Shown piece after piece: positions 36,920 to 49,565 of a stretch of DNA of 64,000 nucleotides. The notes beneath the pieces were generated by a model. It saw only the letters and a program-made list of their open reading frames with translations, did no database searches and was not told the DNA's origin. Source of the DNA: Felis catus (Eukaryota); assembly GCF_018350175.1 (NCBI RefSeq), contig NC_058368.1, forward strand, positions 122,266,001-122,330,000. Direction: 5' to 3'. The first letter of the stretch is position 1. Every line of letters begins with the position of its first letter. A program made the position numbers and the translations under genes.

Positions 36920-37812
36920 ATGACAAAATGGAAGAATTCTCCTCAAAAGAAACTCCAGGAAGTAGCGACAGCTAATGAATTGATCGAAAATTATTTAAGT
37001 AATATAACAGAACAAGAATTTAGAATAATAGTCATAAAATTAATTGCTGGGCTTGAAAAAAGCATACAGCACATCAGAGAATCTATTGCTACAGAGATAA
37101 AGGGACTAAGCAATAGTCATGAGGAATTTAAAAATGCTATAAATAAGGTGCAAAATAAAATGGAGGTGGCCATAGCGTGGGTTGAAGAGGCAGAGGAGAA
37201 AATAGGTGAATTAGAAGATAAAATTATGGAAAAAGAAGAAGGTGAGAAAAAGAGAGATAAAAAATCCAGGAGTATGAGGGGAGAATTAGAGAACTAAGTG
37301 ATGCAATCAAATGGAACAATATCTGTATCATAGGAATTTCAGAAAAAGAAGAGAGAGAGAAAGGGGCTGAAGGTGTACTTGAACAAATCATAGCTGAGAA
37401 CTTCCCTGATCTGGGGATGGAAACAGGCATTGAAATCCAAGAGGCACAGAGATCTCCCTTCAGAAGTAACTTAAATCGATCTTCTGCACAACATATCATA
37501 GTGAAACTGACAAAATACAAGGATAAACAGAAAATTCTGAAAGCAGCGAGGGATAAACAGGCTCTAACTTACAAAGGTAGACCTATAAGAGTAGTGGCAG
37601 ACCTATCTATTGAAACTTGGCAGGCCAGAAAGGAATGACAGGAAATCTTCAATGTGATGAACAGAAAAAATATACAACCAAGAATCCTTTACCCAGCAAG
37701 TCTGTCATTCAGAATAGAAGGAGAGATAAAGGTCTTCCCTAACAAACAAAAACTGAAGGAATTCATCATCACTAAACCAGCCCTACAAGAGATCCTAAGG
37801 GGGATTCTGTGA
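36920..37812 (+). pseudogene. L1 ORF1p, disrupted
   Basis: The coiled-coil N-part (ORF 36920..37297) and the RRM/CTD part (ORF 37417..37638, ...LTYKGRPIRVVADLS) are in different frames. There is a frameshift near 37260 and a premature TGA at 37636-37638. Confidence 0.92.
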
Positions 37813-37880
37813 GTGAAATGTTGCAAGGACCACAAAGTACCAGAGACATCACTACAAGCATGAAACCTACAGACATCACC

Positions 37881-40800
37881 ATGACTCTAAACCTGTATCT
37901 TTCAATAATAACACTGAATGTAAATGGACTAAATGCTCCAACCAAAAGACATAGGGTATCAGAATGGATAAAAAAAACAAGACCCATCTATTTGCTGTCT
38001 ACAAAAGACTCATTTTAGACCTGAGGACACCTTCAGATTGAAAGTGAGGGGATGGAGAACTATCTATCATACTACTAGACGTCAAAAGAAAGCTGGAGTA
38101 GCCATACTTATATCAGAAAAACTAGACTTTAAATTAAAGGCTGTAACAAGAGATGAAGAAGGGCATTATATAATAATTACAGGGTCTATCCATCAGGAAG
38201 AGCTAACAATTACAAATGTCTATGTGCCAAATACGGGAGCCCCCAAATATATAAAACAATCACAAACATAAGCAATCTTATTGATAAGAATGTGGTAATT
38301 GCAGGGGACTTTAATACCCCACTTACAACAATGGACAGATCATCTAGACACAGATCAATAAAGAAACAAGGGCCCTGAATGATACATTGGATCAGATGGA
38401 CTTGATATATTTAGAACTCTGCATCCCAAAGCAACAGAACATAATTTCTTCTCGAGTGCACATGGAACCTTCTCCAAGATAGATCACATGCTGAGTCACA
38501 AAACAGCCCTTAATAAGTATAAAAGAGTTGAGATCATACCATGCACACTTTCAGACCACAATGCTATGAAGCTTGAAATCAACCACAGGAAATAGTCTGG
38601 AAAACCTCCAAAAGGACGGAGGTTAGAGAACACCCTACTAAAGAACGAATGGGTCAACCAGGCAATTAGAGAAGAAATTTAAAAATATATGGAAACAAAT
38701 GAAAATAAAAATACAACAATCCAAATGCTTTGGGATGCAGTGAAAGCAGGCCTGAGAGGAAAATACATTGCAATCCAGGCCTATCTCAAGAAACAAGAAA
38801 AATCACAAACACAAAATCTAACAGCACACCTACAGGAAATAGAAGCAGCATAGCAAAGACACCCCAAACCAGCAGAAGAAGAGAAATAATAAAGATCAGA
38901 GCAGAAATAAACAATATAGAATCTAAAAATCTGTAGAGCAGATCAATGAAACCAAGAGTTGGTTTTTTGAAAAAATAAACAAAATTGATAAACCTCTAGC
39001 CAGGCTTCTCAAAATGAAAAGGGAGATGACCCAAATAGATAAAATCATGAATAAAATGGAATTATTACAACCAATCCCTCAGAAATACAAGCAATTATCA
39101 GGGAATACTGTGAAAAATTATATGCCAACAAACTGGACAACCTGGAAGAAATGGAAAAATTCCTAAGCACCCACACACTTCCAAAACTCAAACAGGAAGA
39201 AATAGAAAATTTGAACAGGTCCAGAACCAGCAAAGAAATTGAATTGGTTATCAAAAATCTCCCAACAAATAAGAGTCCAGGACCAGATGGCTTCCCTGGG
39301 GAATTCTACCAGACATGTAAAGCAGAGATAATACCTATCCTTCTCAAACTGCTCCAAAAAATAGAAAGTGAAGGAAAACTTCCAGACTCATTCTATGAAG
39401 CCAACATTATGTTAATTCCCAAACCAGACAGAGACCCAGCAAAAAAAGAGAACCATAAAGAGTGCCAATATCCCTGATGAATATGGATGCAAAAATTCTC
39501 AACAAGATATTAGCAAATCAAATTCAACAGCATAAAAAAAGAATTATTCACCATGATCAAGTGGGATTCATTCCTGGGATGCAGGGCTGGTTCAATATTC
39601 GCAAATCAATCAGTGTGATACATCACATTAATAAATGAAAAGATAAGAACCATACGATCCTGTCAATCGATGCAGAAAAAGCATTTGGCAAAATTCAGCA
39701 TCCTTTCTTAATAAAAACCCTCGAGAAAGTCAGGATAGAAGGAACATACTTAAACATCATAAAAGCCATTTATGAAAAGCCCACAACTAATATCATGCTC
39801 AATGGGGAAAAACTGAGAACTTTCCCCCTGAGATCAGGAACACGACAAGGATGTCCACTCTCATTGCTGTTGTTTAACATAGTGTTGGAAGTTCTAGCAT
39901 CAGCAATAAGACAACAAAAGGAAATCAAAGACATCAAAATTGGCAAAGATGAAGTCAAGCTTTCGCTTTTTGCAGATGACATGATATTATACATGGAAAA
40001 CCCGATAGACTCCACCAAAAGTCTGCTAGAACTGATACATGAATTCAGCAAAGTCGCAGGATACAAAATCAATGTACAGAAATCAGTTGCATTCTTATAC
40101 ACTAATAATGAAGCAACAGAAAGACAAATAAAGAAACTGATCCCATTCACAATTGCACAAAGAAGCATAAAATACCTAGGAATAAACCTAACCAAAGATG
40201 TAAAAGATCCGTATGCTGAAAACTATAGAAAGCTTATGAAGGAAATTGAAGAAGATATAAAGAAATGGAAAAACATTCTGTGCTCTTGGATTGGAAGAAT
40301 AAATATTGTTAAAATGTCAATACCACCCAAAGCAATCTACACATTCAATGCAATCTCAATCAAAATTGCACCAGCATTCTTCTTGAAGCAAGAACAAACA
40401 ATTGTAAAATTTGTATGAAACCACAAAAGATCCCCAATAGCCAAAGTAATACTGAAGAAGAAGACCAAAGTGGGGGCATCACAATCCCAGACTTCACCCT
40501 CTACTACAAAGCTGTCATCATCAAGACAGCATGGTATTGGCTCAAAAACAGACACATAGACCAATGGAATAGAATAGAGACTCCAAGGGCGCCTGGGTGG
40601 CGCAGTCGGTTGGGCGTCTGACTTCAGCCAGGTCACGATCTCGCGGTCCGGGAGTTCGAGCCCCGCGTCAGGCTCTGGGCTGATGGCTCAGAGCCTGGAG
40701 CCTGTTTCCGATTCTGTGTCTCCCTCTCTCTCTGCCCCTCCCCCGTTCATGCTCTGTCTCTCTCTGTCCCAAAAATAAATAAACGTTGAAAAAAAAAAAA

Positions 40801-41925
40801 AAAGAATAGAGACTCCAGAATTGGACCCACAAAAGTATGGCCAACTCATCTTTGACAAAGCAGGAAAGAATATCCAATGGAATAAAGACAGTCTCTTTAA
40901 CAAATGGTGCTGGGAGAACTGGACAGCAACATGCAGAAGAATGAAACTAGACCACTGTCTTACATCATTCACAAAAATAAACTCAAAATGGATGAAGGAC
41001 CTGAATGCAAGACAGGAAACCATCAAAACTCTAGAGGAGAAAGCAGGCAAAAACCTCTCTGACCTCAGCTGCAGCAAATTCTTACTTGACACATCTCCAA
41101 AGACAAGGGAATTAAAAGCAAAAATGAACTATTGGAAACTCATCAAGATAAAAAGCTTCTGCACTGCAATGGAAACAATCAACAGAACTAAAAGGCAACC
41201 GACGGAATGGGAAAAGATAATTGCAAATGACATATCGGACAAAAGGCTAGTATCCAAAATCTATAAACAACTCACCAAACTCCACACCCGAAAAACAAAT
41301 AATCCAGTGAAGAAATGGGCAAAAGACATGAATAGATACTTCTCTAAAGAAGACATCCAGATGGCCAACAGACACATGAAAAGATGCCCAACGTCACTCC
41401 TCATCAGGGAAATACAAATCAAAACCACACTCAGATACCACCTCACACCAGTCAGAGTGGCTAAAATGAACAAATCAGGAGACTATACATGCTGGCGAGG
41501 ATGTGGAGAAACGGGAACCCTCTTGCACTGTTGGTGGGAATGCAAAGTGGTGCAGCTGCTCTGGAAAACAGTGTAGAGGTTCCTCAAAAGATTAAAAGTA
41601 GATCTACCCTATGACCCAGCAATAGCACTGCTAGGAATTTACCCAAGGGATACAGGAGTGTTGATGCATAGGGGCACTTGTACTCCAATGTTTATAGCAG
41701 CACTTTCAACAATAGCTATATTACGGAAAGAGCCTAAATGTCCATCCACTGATGAATGGATAAAGAAATTGTGGTTTATATATACTATGGAATACTACTT
41801 GGCAATGAGAAAGAATGAAATATGGCCTTTTGTAGCAACATGGATGGAACTAGAGAGTGTTATGCTAAGTGAAATAAGTCATACAGAGAAAGATACCGTA
41901 TGTTTTCACTCTTCTGTGGATCCTG
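37881..41925 (+). pseudogene. L1 ORF2p (endonuclease/reverse transcriptase), disrupted
   Basis: MTLNLYLSIITLNVNGLN (endonuclease start), [24 protein letters not shown] (RT) and the C-terminal HCWWEC motif are spread over several frames, with stops and a SINE insertion. Confidence 0.95.
40586..40802 (+). mobile_element. Young felid Can-SINE inserted in L1 ORF2
   Basis: CpG-rich intact SINE with poly(A). Perfect 15-bp TSD AGAATAGAGACTCCA (40571-40585 and 40803-40817). Confidence 0.98.
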
Positions 41926-42140
41926 AGAAACTTAACAGAAGACCATGGGGGAGGGAAAGGGGAAAAAAAAGTTAGAGAGGGATGGAGGCAAACCATAGGA
42001 GACTCTTAAAAACTGAGAATAAACTGAGGGTTGATGGGGGGTGGGAGGGAGGGGAAAGTGGGTGATGGGCATTGAGGAGGGCATCTGTTGGGATGAGCAC
42101 TGGGTATTGTATGGAAACCAATTTGGCAATAAATTTCATA

Positions 42141-42172
<32 letters not shown>

Positions 42173-42286
42173 ATCTACTTTTCAAATGCTTTAAATTGGA
42201 AAGTTGGGGAAATGGGCACTGTTGTATATTGTTAGTAGATATGTAAGTCATTAGTTTCATTAAAGGGACAGTGATACTTTACATTT

Positions 42287-42313
42287 TTTAAAGATGTTTA
42301 TTTATCTATTTAT

Positions 42314-42348
<35 letters not shown>

Positions 42349-42502
42349 AAGAGAAGAGAAGAGAAGAGACAGAGAATCCCAAGCAGGCTCTATGCTGACA
42401 GTGCAGAGCCCAATGCGGGACTCGATCTCATGAACTATGAGATCATGACCTGAAACCAAAATCAAGAGTCAGACACTTAACCCACTGAGCCACCCAGATG
42501 GC
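42287..42502 (-). mobile_element. Can-SINE with (GA)n(GAGAA)n
   Basis: Reverse element with a perfect 16-bp TSD GTGATACTTTACATTT. Confidence 0.94.
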
Positions 42503-42759
42503 TGTGATACTTTACATTTAAAAAAAATCTTAGAATATACCTACATAGACCTTAACCAAAGAATTCTATTTTGAGAATGTATCCCAATGATATAATCACA
42601 ATAACTAATCATAATTATCAAATATTTTCTATGTTCTGTGCTGTTTAATATATCTAATTATATTCTAACAGCAGTTCTTCAGGTAGATTTTATATACTAG
42701 GAAATGGAATAATAAAAAATTTGAGGCAACTTGCTCTTTGCCAACAAGAAATGAGGCCA

Positions 42760-42984
42760 GGGGCGCCTGGGTGGCCCTGTCAGTTGAGTGTCCGACTTCA
42801 GCTCAGGTCAGGATCTCACAGTTCGTGAGTTTGAGCCCCACATCGGGCTCTGTGCTGATGGCTCAGAGCCTGGAACCTGCTTCAGATTCTGTGTCTCCCT
42901 CTCTCTCTCTGCCGCTCCTCTGCTATGCTCTGTCTCTCTCTCTCAAAAATAAAATAAACATTAAAAAAAATTAACAAAAAAAAA
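42760..42984 (+). mobile_element. Can-SINE
   Basis: GGGGCGCCTGGGTGG head and poly(A). TSD aaatgaggcca. Confidence 0.95.
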
Positions 42985-44174
42985 AAATGAGGCCAAATTT
43001 TGAAACAGGTATTTTATTATAAAACATACTCTCTTAATCAGTCTACCACATAGCTTTTCCTGCATAAATGCAGAGTAGCTATTAGGCCTGTTCATAGTTG
43101 TGTTGTTGTAAACCTTGAAAATTGAGGTAAATAAATTAGGGCATATCTACTGTTCATAATATGAAAGATGATCATTATATATTGTTAAGTGAAAATATCT
43201 ATTAATAAAATAGTATTTCCATTATGAGCATTTTGGTTAAAAAAATGTTGCTTTTGTTCATTATAAACTCACCAGTCCATTTTACGGTTTCTGGCACATA
43301 GTACTTGTTTGTTGACTGAATTAATTGATGAATATACACAGTCAAGAGGTTAGAAAAACGTACCACAAACTTTAGCAGTATCGATCTGTGGATTGTGACA
43401 TTATGAATGAAGTTTATTTTCTGATTTTTTTAAGTTCTATTTAAAATTCTCTAGACTGAGAACATACATTTTAGTAATCAGAAATGTAACAATAACTGTT
43501 GTATTTTTAAAAAATTGTTTAGGTTCTGTCTTAAATGACTTCTTCCCATTAAGTCTTTATAACCCAGATACAGGAGATTGCTACCTCTTTTGTACTCAAA
43601 ACACTTTAGACTTGAGTCACAGCACTTTGCCTCTAGCCCCCTTTTCCTTGGATTCTTTTTACTGATGTAATGCCTTATTCTTATGTACCAGTTCCTATCT
43701 CCCTTTAAATGGTATGTTCCTTGAGAACTTATTTTATTTATCTTTATAACCCTTTCACTTTATAGGGCAGTGCTTTGGATCCAATAAGCACTTACTCTAT
43801 GTTTCTTATTGGACACACAGTATTACTTATCTACTGTCCTATTGAAAATTTTGGAATGTGAAAAATCCTAGCTTATTAGCTGATACTCAAGATACACATT
43901 TAATTGCATTAGCAATAACAATGCCATGCTGAGCCATAATGGAACATAAAGTAAAGGAAAAATAAATCCATAACACTGATCCTGTCTTTATGCAATATTC
44001 TGATATTTTGTTCACCATGAATTCTTTGTACTAATTTTAGCTTTCAAAAAATATTGCATTAAAATATTTATCTTTATTTTTGCCAATTCACCTAGCCTCA
44101 GCCCTGCTTTTATAATACCATATGAGCAGATAATGCAATCCGAGCATCTTAGAACAATCTAGACACTGTATGTA

Positions 44175-44179
<5 letters not shown>

Positions 44180-44214
<35 letters not shown>
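44180..44214. repeat. (TA)n microsatellite
   Basis: Perfect TA run with AT-rich flanks extending to about 44280. Confidence 0.95.
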
Positions 44215-44217
<3 letters not shown>

Positions 44218-46362
44218 CATTATATACATAAAATTATATGAACAATATATATATCATGTATATGATATATACATAGATACATAACTCTATTCACTTAGCA
44301 CTCACTGTCATCCTAATGGATATCTGTATTATTATCGCCATTTGACATACAAAGAAACTTAAGCACAGAGACATTAAGCGACTTTGTCAAGGTCACCAGC
44401 TACAAAGTGGAAGAAATGGAATAGAAACACCATTAGCAGAAATAAGCAAAGTAGCAAAGTAGAAGGGAAAGTTGAAAGGTGAATCATTTTTAACGACTTT
44501 GATCAGTATAGAAAACCAACCTGGGTAGAGCAGGCCAGTTGTGAAAAAAAGGGCCTGGTTTTTAAGAACTTTGATTTTTATCAAATGAGAGCCATTCATT
44601 AGTTTACTCAACAAATACTCAACTATGATTGAGGCACCATTAGTGTAAGTTAAATGACATCAAAGATATGCTGGCCAGGGAACCTAGATGCCAGTGGCAG
44701 TATGTTAGTATCCAATCTGACTCTCCTCTTAACGTGTATTGCTTTATTCACTACTGTGAAGTGGTGTTTCCAGACAAAAGATGGTAGTGAGTGTCATTCT
44801 GAGTCTGTGACTCAGGGAACAGTTAATTTAAGGGAGCTGCTTATTTATTATGGGCAGCATCCATGGTAGTGCATCTGCAGTTCACCTGCATCCCCGATGA
44901 TCATTTCAGTGCATGCATGAAAGATACAGATTCCTGGGCCTCATTCCAAACTACTAAGTAAGAATCTCTGACTTCAAAGCAATGTTTAAAGAGCTCCAGC
45001 TTTGCAGTCCTCCAGGCTGGGTCCAAACGTAATTCACCCATTCATTCGGTCTGGTGCCTTTAGCAAAGAACCTAGTCTTTGGTGTGTTTGTTTAGCTTCA
45101 GTATCCTCATTATAGGTAACGTGGGAATAAAAATACCTACCTCTCATTAGGTTTTCATGGGGATTGAATTAAACTGAATATCTAACTATAATGATAACTT
45201 ACAACAGTTTACAAATATTGAGTACTTTCAAAGTGTCAGGCACTGTGGTAGATGCTGTGCTGACATTATTTTATTAACTTCTCTTAAGCACTTAGCAGAG
45301 CACTGGCCACCTAGTGAGTAATGGATTGGTAAGAGCTATAGCTTGAGTACCATCCAGATCATTGTAATTGGCAGGGGGGTGGGGGGAGTCAGTCACAAAC
45401 AAAATATTTAAGCCCAGAGTCTGAGCATAATGGATAACTGGAAGAAGTCAGCCAGACTGGTGGTCCCCAAAGCCCAGCCCACTGCATTAGAATCATCTGG
45501 GTGAGCTCATTAAAACACTGTATCTTCCTGGTCCTCAAACCTCTACCTCAGTAACTCTAGGTGGACCTGGAAGTCTCTTTTGTTTAAAAGGCACAAATGA
45601 TTTTGAATTATGGCCAAGATTTAAATCAAATGATTAACTTGAGCTTCAGTTTTCTTAAGATTCATGAGGTTAGGGAGTAAGTCATTTCTCCCCCTCCCCC
45701 CTTCCCTTTTTCATCTCCAGTGCCTAGGACAACGCTGTCACATAGAAGATGCTCAAAAATATTTGGGGTTAGATGAGCATAAAATGGGCCTAAATAAAGC
45801 CTGCTTTGTCTGCTTCCCGCAGGCTTTATGAGAAGTGTTTGTAAAGCCCCAGTTTATAGTGCTTCTAAAAGATGGAAGATGCCATACAATAGTGTAATTT
45901 TATAGATTTAGCTATTAACTTATTTTACTGTGTCTTCTCTCACCCTTTAAACGTTAAGTCATTTGGTTTGCAGGTATCCACCATTATACTGGGTTTCTAA
46001 AAATAAATTATAGCAAAATTGCAGATAAAATACTTCCCCAAAATTCCTCAAAATAATTTTTACTCAAATTATTTTTTTACTCAGAATTAAAATGCTATAG
46101 AATGACCTAAAATTCCACATGCATCTATGCCTGTTAGGTTCCATATTAAAGTTCAACCCTGTCAAGTATTCACTTCCTCATTCGTTGATATTAGCTTTAG
46201 ACCTGTCTTATACCACACCTGGTTATCTGTACATATTGCCAATGCAATGCAATCTGTTTCAGGCACCCTTACTGCATTCCTTTACAACAGCAAAAACTTG
46301 ACTTAAAACACCGAGCAGTCCCATCCTGGTTCCTTCTAATTGCCTATCACTCAGCTATTTTC

Positions 46363-46589
46363 TTTTTTTTTTTTTTAAATTTTTTAAGTTTATTTATTTA
46401 TTTTGAGAGAGACAGAGATAGCATGACTGGGAGAGGGGCAGCGAGAGAGGGACAGAGAGAATTCCAAGCCACCTCCACACTGCCAGCAGAGAACCCAACG
46501 CAAGGATCCAACCGGCGAAACCATGAGATCATGACCTGAGCAAAAACCAAGGGTTGGACGCTTAACCGACTGAGCCACCCAGGCGCCCC
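46363..46589 (-). mobile_element. Can-SINE
   Basis: Reverse element about 640 bp downstream of the distal coding exon. TSD atc..tcagctattttc. Confidence 0.94.
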
Positions 46590-47229
46590 ATCGTTCAGCT
46601 ATTTTCAAATGTAGACATCTTTTGCGAGAGTCACGGGGGCCTCCAACCTTAGGCTTAAGAGGGAAGAAGGTGAAGAGGATGAAAAACAAGTTCCTCAGGG
46701 GGAGGGAAATGAAGGCGTTATCCCAAATAAAGTGTCTGGAATAGGAAAATCTACTGAGTCAGAAAAGGAAGTTATGTACTAATACTGGGACTCAGCTGAA
46801 CCACAGTTTATATGACTAGACTTGAATTCCTCACTCTCCCTGCATGCTTCATGCATAAAGAGTCAAGGGCTCTTCAACAGAGAAGGGAAGGAAGAAATTA
46901 GCATCTGACCATCCAGCCACGTTTGCAGTCACACTTCTCCAGACCTGACCGACCATCCCTAAACACCACTTGCCCAGGTCTATCCTCTCTCTGCGCAAAC
47001 CTATTTCACTGAAAGTTCATTTCAGTGCTGCCTCATTGGTGGGAATAAAATAAGCTTCAAAAGAATAAAAGGATAGAAAGGAATCATTAAATCTATTTCG
47101 AGCTCAGAACGCTATTCTGGGACGTGTGGGGCCTTCCATTCGTGGACACAAAGGTGAATGTTTTCAAATCTGGAACCAGCACAAACCCCCAAGGAAGCAA
47201 AGGCAAAGAGGAGAGGAAGCTTCTCCTAC

Positions 47230-47307
47230 CTTCCGTGGCTCCAATCTCGATTGTGCCTTTCACTTGGCTGAAGCACCATAGTGTGTCCTGGGCAAGCGCC
47301 CCAATTC
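47230..47307 (-). CDS. PPP2R2B: PPP2R2B distal alternative coding exon (G-IGALAQDTLWCFSQVKGTIEIGATE)
   Basis: Acceptor gtattgttttcag|GAATTGGG and donor CACGGAAG|gtagga. The exon is 78 nt, phase 1-1. It contains WCFSQVKG, the N-terminal motif of B55-family subunits (PPP2R2A/PPP2R2D). Visible in ORF 47093..47317. Confidence 0.92.
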
Positions 47308-47427
47308 CTGAAAACAATACAAGGAGACACTTCAGGTTAGGTAAGAGCTCCCTGTTGTCCTCAAGAGGCCAACCAGAAAGGAAACGCGTCGTGTAAGCTA
47401 TGCATTTCTAAAAGTAGGCTTGCACAC

Positions 47428-47437
47428 CAGGTATCAT
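47428..47437 (-). CDS. PPP2R2B: PPP2R2B distal first exon, coding end (M-I-P-G)
   Basis: The minus strand reads gacgccATG ATA CCT G|gtgtgc with a purine at -3. Splicing over a 120-nt intron (47308-47427) gives in-frame MIPGIGALAQDTLWCFSQVKG, matching a recalled human isoform start MIPGIGTLTQDTLWCFSQVKG. Confidence 0.85.
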
Positions 47438-48000
47438 GGCGTCGGAGAGGAGACCCTAAGGAGTGCTGGGAGGATGGCCGGTCTGTAAGGAGCAGGTCCT
47501 GCGGTGGTGAATCAGGGCTCTGTCTCCTCCATCTGACAAGCCGGGACTGCTCGGAGCTGGAGCAATTGGAGTTCGTCCCTTCTGGCCCCTGGCAGCGTCC
47601 TGGAGCCGGCCTGCAGTCACACCCTGTGTGACTGCCCCTTTTCATGGGAATACTAATGCTTTCGATTGTTTTCCTTCGGTGGCGGTGGGGAGGAGAAAGA
47701 GGCAGTTCGCTAGAGGGGAGAGAGGAAAAGAAAGGCAACTTTTTTTTTTTTAACTGGCTTCACAGCTTGCCTGGCTGAACGGCCAGTAAGGGGTCAGATA
47801 CTCAGAACGTCCATCTCTCTTGTTCCCTTCTTGACGGCTTGCCAAAGTCCGAGCTGACTGGAGAGGAGAGGAAAGCGAAAACAGGTTGGGGATGGGGGCG
47901 GGGGTGGCTAACAGCACTGTGGAGGCAGTCCTGACAAATGTGGCCTCTTTCCTTCCATGGGGATTTCTGCCTCAAATCTGAACCCAGCCATTGGTGAGGT
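47438..48000 (-). promoter_or_regulatory. PPP2R2B: Distal PPP2R2B 5'UTR and promoter
   Basis: Repeat-free, GC- and CpG-richer than the flanks. It has a GC box GGGGCGGGG near 47895-47903 and a minus-strand CCAAT near 47990-47994, upstream of the MIPG exon. The exact TSS is not visible. Confidence 0.6.
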
Positions 48001-49343
48001 TAAATTTTCTGGCTTCTGGTTTCTACAAATATATGAATCCAATGCTAATACATATGCTGATACACCTGCTAATATATTCATTAATATACATATCAAGTTG
48101 AAAAAGTCCTTTTCAGAACACTTCTGAATCCTGCCAGTTTGCTCCTCAACAGCCTGGCTGTTCCTTCAATTCTGTGAGGTTTTAAAATAAAAAGGAATAT
48201 TGCATCGTCAAATTTTAGGAGAGGCTACCAGTTTGAGAATGGTTATATTCATAGGAAAAAAAAAATCAAGCATCAAAACCAAACTGACCTTTTAAAACAC
48301 ACACACAAAACACAGGAGCCATCCTCACTGTCAATGACAGACTTTTCACTGAACTCTGTGGAAACCTTCACTCACTCAGCTACGTGAGAAGAGATCCAAT
48401 CCCTATACACTTTTCTCACTGTTGGTCACCTCACATTTGCAGGAAGCCATGTGGCATCATCCCTTAGGAGCATATACACTTTGCAGTCAGGCAGGGTCTA
48501 TAGTTTGGCTCCGACCTCGGACAAGTTTCCAAGCCTGAGGAGATGTTTCTCTTTAATGGCAGTAACAGTAATAGTACCCATCTCTCCGTTTTTATAGATA
48601 CTAAAAGGGCTTAGTAGAGTCAAGCAACTTAGTAAAGGATGTGATTATCATTGGCAAAGATTCTAAAATGTTCGATAGCGAAAACCAAGAGGCACATTAG
48701 CTGAGAAATTTTCAGTTAGTTGCTATAAGGCAGGCACCGTGGTAAGCACTGTACATAGATTATTCCGTTCTCATACAAATAGTGAGGAAGGCCCAATTTA
48801 AACCCCATCTTACAGGTAAAGAGAGACCCAGGAAGTGTGACTAACTCATCTGAGGCCGTGCCAAGGATGCGGAAGAACTGGGATTTCCACCCAGGCTGTC
48901 TGAATCCCAGTCTCCCAGGGTGCTGAGGTCAGCCTGCCCATTTAACAGGGTTTCAACTGTAGTTGCATTCAGAGGGCTGAGTGGGAATACAATTTCCCAC
49001 ATCAGTTATTAAAAAACCGATATCTCCTCTCAGAGTACACAAGGCTAAAGTTGCCCAATAAAATTAGCATCTGGGGAGGAAAAAGGAAGGCATTTGGCAG
49101 CATTTGTTAGTGCACAGAAAGACCACATCCACTGCCCTACCGCTGATCCTTTCTTGGACTTGTTGCTCTAGCCTTGGATTTCAGCATGAGACTCTCTCTG
49201 ATAATTTCTTACTCTTCCTGTGAGCTCTCACTGACCCTCTTTTCAACTGCCAATCCTGCTATTGAAACTGTGTCTATGTCTGTTCATAGGGAGCTATCAG
49301 CTACAGATAAGGTTCTTCCTGATTTTTGTCCTCCTGGCACAGT

Positions 49344-49371
49344 TTTTTTTTTTAATGTTTAGTATTTATTT

Positions 49372-49405
<34 letters not shown>

Positions 49406-49565
49406 AGGGGAGGGGCAGAGAGATCAAACACAGAATCCAAAGCAGGCTCCAGGCTCTGAGCTGTCAACACAAGCCTCCACAGATGTGGAGCTTGAACTTA
49501 GAACCATGAGATCATGACCTAAGCCAAAGTCGGACACTTAACCAACTGAGCCACCCAGGTACCCC
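49344..49565 (-). mobile_element. Can-SINE
   Basis: Reverse element with (GA)n. TSD tggcacagt. Confidence 0.93.

Larger units (their letters stand above)
35962..42170 (+). mobile_element. Full-length but inactive felid L1 (L1_Fc-like)
   Basis: GC-rich 5'UTR starting near aagatggc (about 35984), then ORF1, ORF2, a G-rich 3'UTR and a (TAAA)n tail. 16-bp TSD aaatccacttttcgaa / aaatctacttttcaaa (35946-35961 and 42171-42186). Confidence 0.97.

Noticed and set aside
39795..41576. Reverse-transcriptase ORFs that might suggest a novel RT system
   Set aside because: They are ordinary fragments of L1 ORF2, broken by stops, frameshifts and a SINE.
47361..47738. 125-aa ORF over the distal first exon
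   Set aside because: It is out of frame with the MIPG start and runs through the donor into the intron. At most it is an overlapping uORF from its internal ATG (MKRGSH...), with no evidence here.
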